From assembly GCA_039794845.1 (NCBI GenBank), contig JAUQVK010000098.1, positions 8,576 through 31,516 on the forward strand: a stretch of DNA of 22,941 bases, given 5' to 3'. This DNA comes from Thermostichus sp. DRC_bins_24 (GTDB lineage: Bacteria; Cyanobacteriota; Cyanobacteriia; Thermostichales; Thermostichaceae). A model generated the notes under the pieces. The model was not told the DNA's origin. It saw only the letters and a program-made list of their open reading frames with translations, and made no database searches. Positions within the stretch are counted from its first letter, which is position 1. Every line of letters starts with the position of its first letter. Below are positions 18,739-22,941 of the stretch, piece by piece. The translations under genes were made by a program, and so were the position numbers.

Positions 18739-19092
18739 ATGTCCGCCTCCATTCGCTCCATTACCCCGCAACAGATGGCCGAACGGCTACGGGATCCCGG
18801 TGCTGGCCCTTGGCAACTGATCGACGTGCGGGAACCGGCAGAGCTGGAGATCGTGAATTTGAATGCCATTGGCTTTCGCAACTATCCCCTGAGCCAGTAC
18901 GAAGAATGGAGCGAACGGATCCTCGTCGAGTTGCACCCAGACCGGCCGACTTTTGTTCTCTGTCATCATGGGGTGCGCTCGGCGCAAATGAGCCACTGGC
19001 TACAGGCCAACGGGTTTACTCAGGTTCACAATATCAGCGGCGGCATCCATGCCTGGGCCTGTGAGGTGGATCCGTCGTTGCCCACCTATTGA
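18739..19092 (+). CDS. Single-domain rhodanese-like sulfurtransferase
   Basis: LIDVREPAE, active-site loop CHHGVRSA and NISGGIHAW...VDPSLPTY. Confidence 0.92.
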   Translation: MSASIRSITPQQMAERLRDPGAGPWQLIDVREPAELEIVNLNAIGFRNYPLSQYEEWSERILVELHPDRPTFVLCHHGVRSAQMSHWLQANGFTQVHNISGGIHAWACEVDPSLPTY

Positions 19093-19106
19093 GGGCCAGT
19101 TTTATT

Positions 19107-20297
19107 ATGTTCCCCATCCTCAATCTGTACGGGGATCCACAACAGCGGGGCCGACAATACGGCTCCCAAGCCGCCCCACTCATTCGCCACAGCATGGCCA
19201 GCTATGCCCGTCAGTTTGCCTATCGCTGTGGTCTCACCTGGCTGCAGGCCCAAACCCAAGCGGAGGGATCCCTGCCCTGGCTAGAACGCCATACCCCTCA
19301 TCTACTAGAGGAAATAGAGGGCATTGCCAGCGGTAGCGGCTTTTCGTTCCGGGAGATTCTCGCCCTCAACCTGCGCACCGAAATCCTGGCTGGGGCTGTC
19401 GCTGGCGGATCCCATCCCGACTACGGAGCCGCTCTGGCCGAAAACCGCCGCCTTGGGGTTCCAGAGCATCTCTCTGAACGGGATCCGGATCCCAACCCTT
19501 CAACAGGGGCAGCTCCAGATTGGGGGGAATGCACCACCTTAGCCGCCCTCCCAGAGGCCACCGCAACCCGCCGCACCTATCTGGCCCAAACCTGGGATTG
19601 GATTGGGGATCAACGCCGGGCCTGTGTGCTGTTGCACGTTCAAGCGGATGAGCACCCCAACTACCTCACCCTGACCGAAGCCGGGATCCTGGCCAAAATT
19701 GGCCTCAATCAGGCGGGGCTGGCGGTTACCCTCAACCTGTTGCGCTCTAGCTCAGATGGGAAAACCGGAGCCGAGGGAATGCCGGTGCATTTGCTGCTGC
19801 GCTCAGTGTTGCAGTGTGAAGATTGGCAGCAAGCCCTGGAAAGGGTGAAATCTTATGCCTATACAGCGTCCTCTTGTGTGAGTGTCGCCAGTGCTGTGGG
19901 GCAGGCGATCAGTTTTGAAGTGAGCCCACAGGGGATCGGCCTGCATCTGGCTCAACAGGGGATCCTCGCCCATACCAATCATTTTCTGGATCCGACCTTG
20001 CAAGATCTTGAAATGCCCCCCCATGTGGGATCCTCCACGACGCAACGCCTAGAACGGGCCTATGATCTTCTGCAAGCCAGCGCCCAAAGGGGATCCCTCG
20101 ATGCAATCGCTCTGCAGAACATACTGCAAGATCGAACCGGCGCTCCCCACTGCATCTGCCGCCATCCGGATCCCCATCTACCTGCGGTGGATCGCACCGA
20201 AAGTGTGGCGGCTGTGGTGATGGATTTGAACCAGCAGATGTTGCACGTGGCCCCCGGCCTTCCCGATCAAGTGGAGTTTGTGCAAATTTCCATGTAA
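19107..20297 (+). CDS. C45-family autoproteolytic peptidase/acyltransferase (Ntn hydrolase, AAT family)
   Basis: RGRQYG, EEIEGIASG, ILALNLRTEI, nucleophile site E-CTT, AQTWDW, TEAGILAKIGLNQAGLAV and AHTNHF. Start ATG 19107. Confidence 0.88.
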   Translation: MFPILNLYGDPQQRGRQYGSQAAPLIRHSMASYARQFAYRCGLTWLQAQTQAEGSLPWLERHTPHLLEEIEGIASGSGFSFREILALNLRTEILAGAVAGGSHPDYGAALAENRRLGVPEHLSERDPDPNPSTGAAPDWGECTTLAALPEATATRRTYLAQTWDWIGDQRRACVLLHVQADEHPNYLTLTEAGILAKIGLNQAGLAVTLNLLRSSSDGKTGAEGMPVHLLLRSVLQCEDWQQALERVKSYAYTASSCVSVASAVGQAISFEVSPQGIGLHLAQQGILAHTNHFLDPTLQDLEMPPHVGSSTTQRLERAYDLLQASAQRGSLDAIALQNILQDRTGAPHCICRHPDPHLPAVDRTESVAAVVMDLNQQMLHVAPGLPDQVEFVQISM

Positions 20298-20348
20298 AAA
20301 CTTGGAGTTACGGGTTACCCAGGTAGAGACGAGGCAAGGGCAGATGAT

Positions 20349-20903
20349 ATGCGCTCAAACGTCAATTTGGAGAAGATAAAAAATACTGATGCAAGCCTTG
20401 GGTCGAGAAGCTCAGAGTTCAGGTTGCATTTACTTCACGGGCGGCACCAGCGCCTTAATCATGGGATGGCGTGAGTCTACAATTGATGTTGACATTCGAT
20501 TGGATCCTGAGCCTCAAGGTGTTTTTCAAGCTATTGCTAAACTCAAGAATCAACTTGATATCAACGTTGAGCTTGCTTCTCCCCAAGATTTTCTACCTCC
20601 TCTACCCAGATGGCGTGAGCGAAGCTTATTCATTAGTAAGTGTGGCCAAGTTTCTTTTATGATTTTACTTCTCAGGCTCTCTCCAAGCTCTCCAGAGGGT
20701 TCGATCGCGACATTAAAGATGTCCAGGCCATGTACAGCTATCAGCTTTTTCCTTTGAAAGATTTGGTTGATGGATTAGAAGCCATTACCCCCCAATTGAT
20801 CCGATATCCTTCCCTTAATCCCGAAGCTATCAGAAACAGAGTCATAGACTTCATTAACTCTTGCGAGAGCCACTCAAAGGAACAAAACCATGAATCTAAT
20901 TGA
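20349..20903 (+). pseudogene. DUF6036-like nucleotidyltransferase disrupted by two frameshifts
   Basis: Three frames join into one protein. MRSNVNLEKIK starts at ATG 20349; an extra A in the A6 run 20378-83 shifts to ILMQALGREAQSSGCIYFTGGTSALIMGWRESTIDVD...GQVSF; a second shift near 20655-60 leads to YDFTSQALSKLSRGFDRDIKDV...stop 20903. GG..A...T.D.D and K..R...RD..D are nucleotidyltransferase motifs. Confidence 0.78.
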
Positions 20904-21192
20904 ACTGCCAGCAGGAGACCTCATATCAGCAGGGCTACGTGATCTAGAGGAAGGCAATATCAATACTGTACCCGCACTGCTCGTTGCTATCTCATCAACA
21001 CGCTTAGCCAAAGCAGGCTTGGTTTTTCCTAAAACATCTTTCATCAAAGAGCCAGAATTGGCTTTATATAGACATCTCCAACAAGAACGAGAGGATGCCT
21101 ACTCTTATTACAATGCTTTGCTCCGTAGTCTAGATAGCTTCTGTAATGCCCTTGAGACAAACCAATACAAGCGAATAAAAGAGTCACGTTAA
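20890..21192 (+). CDS. Hypothetical 100-aa protein, coupled partner of the nucleotidyltransferase
   Basis: Intact ORF overlapping the upstream gene end by 14 nt (LPAGDLISAGLRDL...PELALYRHL...DAYSYYNALLRSLDSFCNALE), with the same AT-rich composition. Confidence 0.78.
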   Translation: MNLIELPAGDLISAGLRDLEEGNINTVPALLVAISSTRLAKAGLVFPKTSFIKEPELALYRHLQQEREDAYSYYNALLRSLDSFCNALETNQYKRIKESR

Positions 21193-21809
21193 TCTTGATT
21201 GAAATATGCTGATTTACGTCCATTCGACCACACCAACAATGAATGGATCCCCAACCACAATCCTGTCCAGAGCCAGTTATCCAGCCAGATTTTGCCCAAA
21301 ACCGGCAACGTCAAGCCATGGGTGCCTCCTAAGAATAAACCCGCCAGGAAGATCAAAATCTGAAAACCCACGAATCCCAGGACCAGCATCAACAGGATCC
21401 ACACATAATTCACCCACAGTTTGCCCGGCTTAAAAAGAGGGCGATAACTGGCGACAAGCGTAACACTCAAGGTGCTGATCCCTAAAACAACTCCCCAGCC
21501 GAAAGAGTCGGGTGTGCGGGGGTAGTTGTGGAGTAGATAACCAAAGATTTGGTTAGAAAGCCAGATCATCAGGGTGCTAATAATGGCTTTTTGACGAGTT
21601 AGGGTGGTGCCTGTCAGGATCCCTATAGTGACAAAAGGCAGGGTACAGGTGTAGGCGATGTTTCCCAAACAGCCAACGGTGGTGAGGAGGCCTGGCCAAA
21701 AGCGGCCTTGGGCCATTTGCTGGCAAGTTTGGATCCAAAACCGACTTGGGATCCGGCTCCCTTGTTTGGATTTAGGAACAAAATGGCTGGTCGGTTGTAG
21801 GCTGGTCAT
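21189..21809 (-). CDS. Uncharacterised integral membrane protein, about 5-6 TM helices
   Basis: 206 aa, strongly hydrophobic, with CTLPF, WLSNQIFGY and YPRTPDSFGWG motifs. Starts 3 nt after the upstream gene stop. Confidence 0.8.
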   Translation of the reverse strand: MTSLQPTSHFVPKSKQGSRIPSRFWIQTCQQMAQGRFWPGLLTTVGCLGNIAYTCTLPFVTIGILTGTTLTRQKAIISTLMIWLSNQIFGYLLHNYPRTPDSFGWGVVLGISTLSVTLVASYRPLFKPGKLWVNYVWILLMLVLGFVGFQILIFLAGLFLGGTHGLTLPVLGKIWLDNWLWTGLWLGIHSLLVWSNGRKSAYFNQD

Positions 21810-21812
21810 GGT

Positions 21813-22682
21813 TTATTCTCCTGGAAAAAGATGAGACTTCAGGGGACAGCGATTAACCAGATGGTCTTGCACAATTTGCTCGGCAACTTTGGGAGTAACC
21901 CGTGTGTACCAGGTGCGGTCACCGGAATAGAACACCACCGGCCCCCGTTGACAGACTTCCAAACAGCCGGAGGTAATCACTTTGATGTCCAATTGGGCGG
22001 CTTGAAGAGCAGACTCCAGAGCCTCGACAACAGGTTGATAATTCCGCGAAGGGTTACAACGACTGGAGCGACAGACCGAAAGATAGGGCCGTTTAAGGGG
22101 GTTATCATCATAAGGGATCCGCCTTTCACCGCGCACATAGATCTGTCGAATCTCCTCATACAATGAGAGCTTTCGGTAATCGGCCTTGCCTTCGGGCAGA
22201 TAGTCTTCGTCCTGACCCAAAAAGGGACTGGGTAAGAAAATCTGCATTAAAGACTCACCTGCCCCATTCCAAAATTGGATCCCCCACATACGGGGCTTGC
22301 CCTCAGGATTAAGCCGTTGATAAAGGGCGGCTCGACTTACCAACCGCTTTTTTCGCAACTCAGGTGGTGTCTTATTATGGGGGCCGCCTAAGTGCTCTTC
22401 CAGACACAAATGCAGATGCCAAGTTTCGGTGGCAACTGTCAAGTAGCCATCATAAAGTACGCACAAAACCGGGGGATCCTTAAAGGCAAGTTCCAACACA
22501 CCTCCCTCGACAACCTGCCCCAATTGCACCTGTGCCCAGTGCTCCTGAAACAGGCCATACAGCAATGGCCCCAGGCAATCGATGTGGGTAGGGATCCCTT
22601 CATAGGCCAATGTCCACCCCAGCGGGGCAGGATCCTGCCAGCTTTGGTTTAACGGTTGGATCCAGGGGGAAAAGGTGGTCAT
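21813..22682 (-). CDS. Fusion of a HutX/ChuX-like N-terminal domain and a thioredoxin-like [2Fe-2S] ferredoxin
   Basis: C-terminal CRSSRC...SGCLEVCQRGPVV...WYTRVTP....IVQDHL has four Cys in the Trx-like ferredoxin arrangement. N-terminal DGYLTV...WHLHLC and GIQFWNGAGESLMQIFL resemble HutX/ChuX motifs; that assignment is less certain. Confidence 0.8.
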   Translation of the reverse strand: MTTFSPWIQPLNQSWQDPAPLGWTLAYEGIPTHIDCLGPLLYGLFQEHWAQVQLGQVVEGGVLELAFKDPPVLCVLYDGYLTVATETWHLHLCLEEHLGGPHNKTPPELRKKRLVSRAALYQRLNPEGKPRMWGIQFWNGAGESLMQIFLPSPFLGQDEDYLPEGKADYRKLSLYEEIRQIYVRGERRIPYDDNPLKRPYLSVCRSSRCNPSRNYQPVVEALESALQAAQLDIKVITSGCLEVCQRGPVVFYSGDRTWYTRVTPKVAEQIVQDHLVNRCPLKSHLFPGE

Positions 22683-22941
22683 ATTGCTTACCCGGGAGAC
22701 TGGATGATGGCTTCAACAAATTGGGCATGGTCTGGAGACTGGATCCCTTGCTGTAAAACTCGCAAAACCTACATCATATTGTTACGCCTCTTTCGTCACT
22801 CTAAGCAGAGGAGAACAGAATTGAGGTAGACATCCAAGGCCATTGGGATGAATTTAACTTCTTCCCACCTCGGATTGTTCCTGAACTCCTCCCTAGTTTC
22901 TTCTTCTCTAGATCTTGTCTTATTCTTCCGGTTCCCATCAC

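Larger units (their letters stand above)
1164..22598. repeat. Highly iterated palindrome GGGATCCC (HIP1 variant), dispersed
   Basis: At least 25 exact copies read manually, for example at 1164, 2322, 3154, 3227, 3438, 7104, 7827, 8077, 8241, 8864, 9346, 9618, 12161, 12200, 12479, 12919, 12949, 13685, 13785, 14327, 14463, 18406, 18791, 19265, 20090 and 22591. Many one-mismatch copies also occur. Confidence 0.92.

Noticed and set aside
22683..22941. Cobalamin riboswitch upstream of the ferredoxin fusion
   Set aside because: No B12-box or core riboswitch motifs were recognisable inside the window; one could lie beyond the edge.

Overview
This window looks like chromosomal DNA from a GC-rich thermophilic cyanobacterium, probably the Yellowstone-type Synechococcus/Thermostichus lineage. 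The lineage is inferred from psb28, bicA, DUF29/DUF760 and pentapeptide genes, plus at least 25 copies of the palindrome GGGATCCC; the canonical HIP1 GCGATCGC was not seen. Gene order: partial DUF29 (-), bicA/SulP (-), KirBac channel (-), gyrA, pentapeptide-repeat protein, a structured ncRNA (probable 6S RNA with a long branched apical domain), DUF760, Xaa-Pro aminopeptidase, glycerate kinase, psb28, gatA (-), small membrane protein, methyltransferase-GT2 fusion (-), multidomain lipoprotein (-), a small MITE-like repeat, BMP-family binding protein and nucleoside hydrolase (-), rhodanese, C45 peptidase, an AT-rich two-gene cassette (doubly frameshifted DUF6036-like nucleotidyltransferase plus intact partner), and a HutX-like/[2Fe-2S] ferredoxin fusion with a coupled membrane protein (-). 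The most interesting items are the expanded 6S-like RNA, the HutX-ferredoxin/membrane module, the decayed nucleotidyltransferase cassette and a nucleoside-salvage pair that may come from Thermus/Meiothermus. All family calls come from motif recognition by eye; no searches were run.
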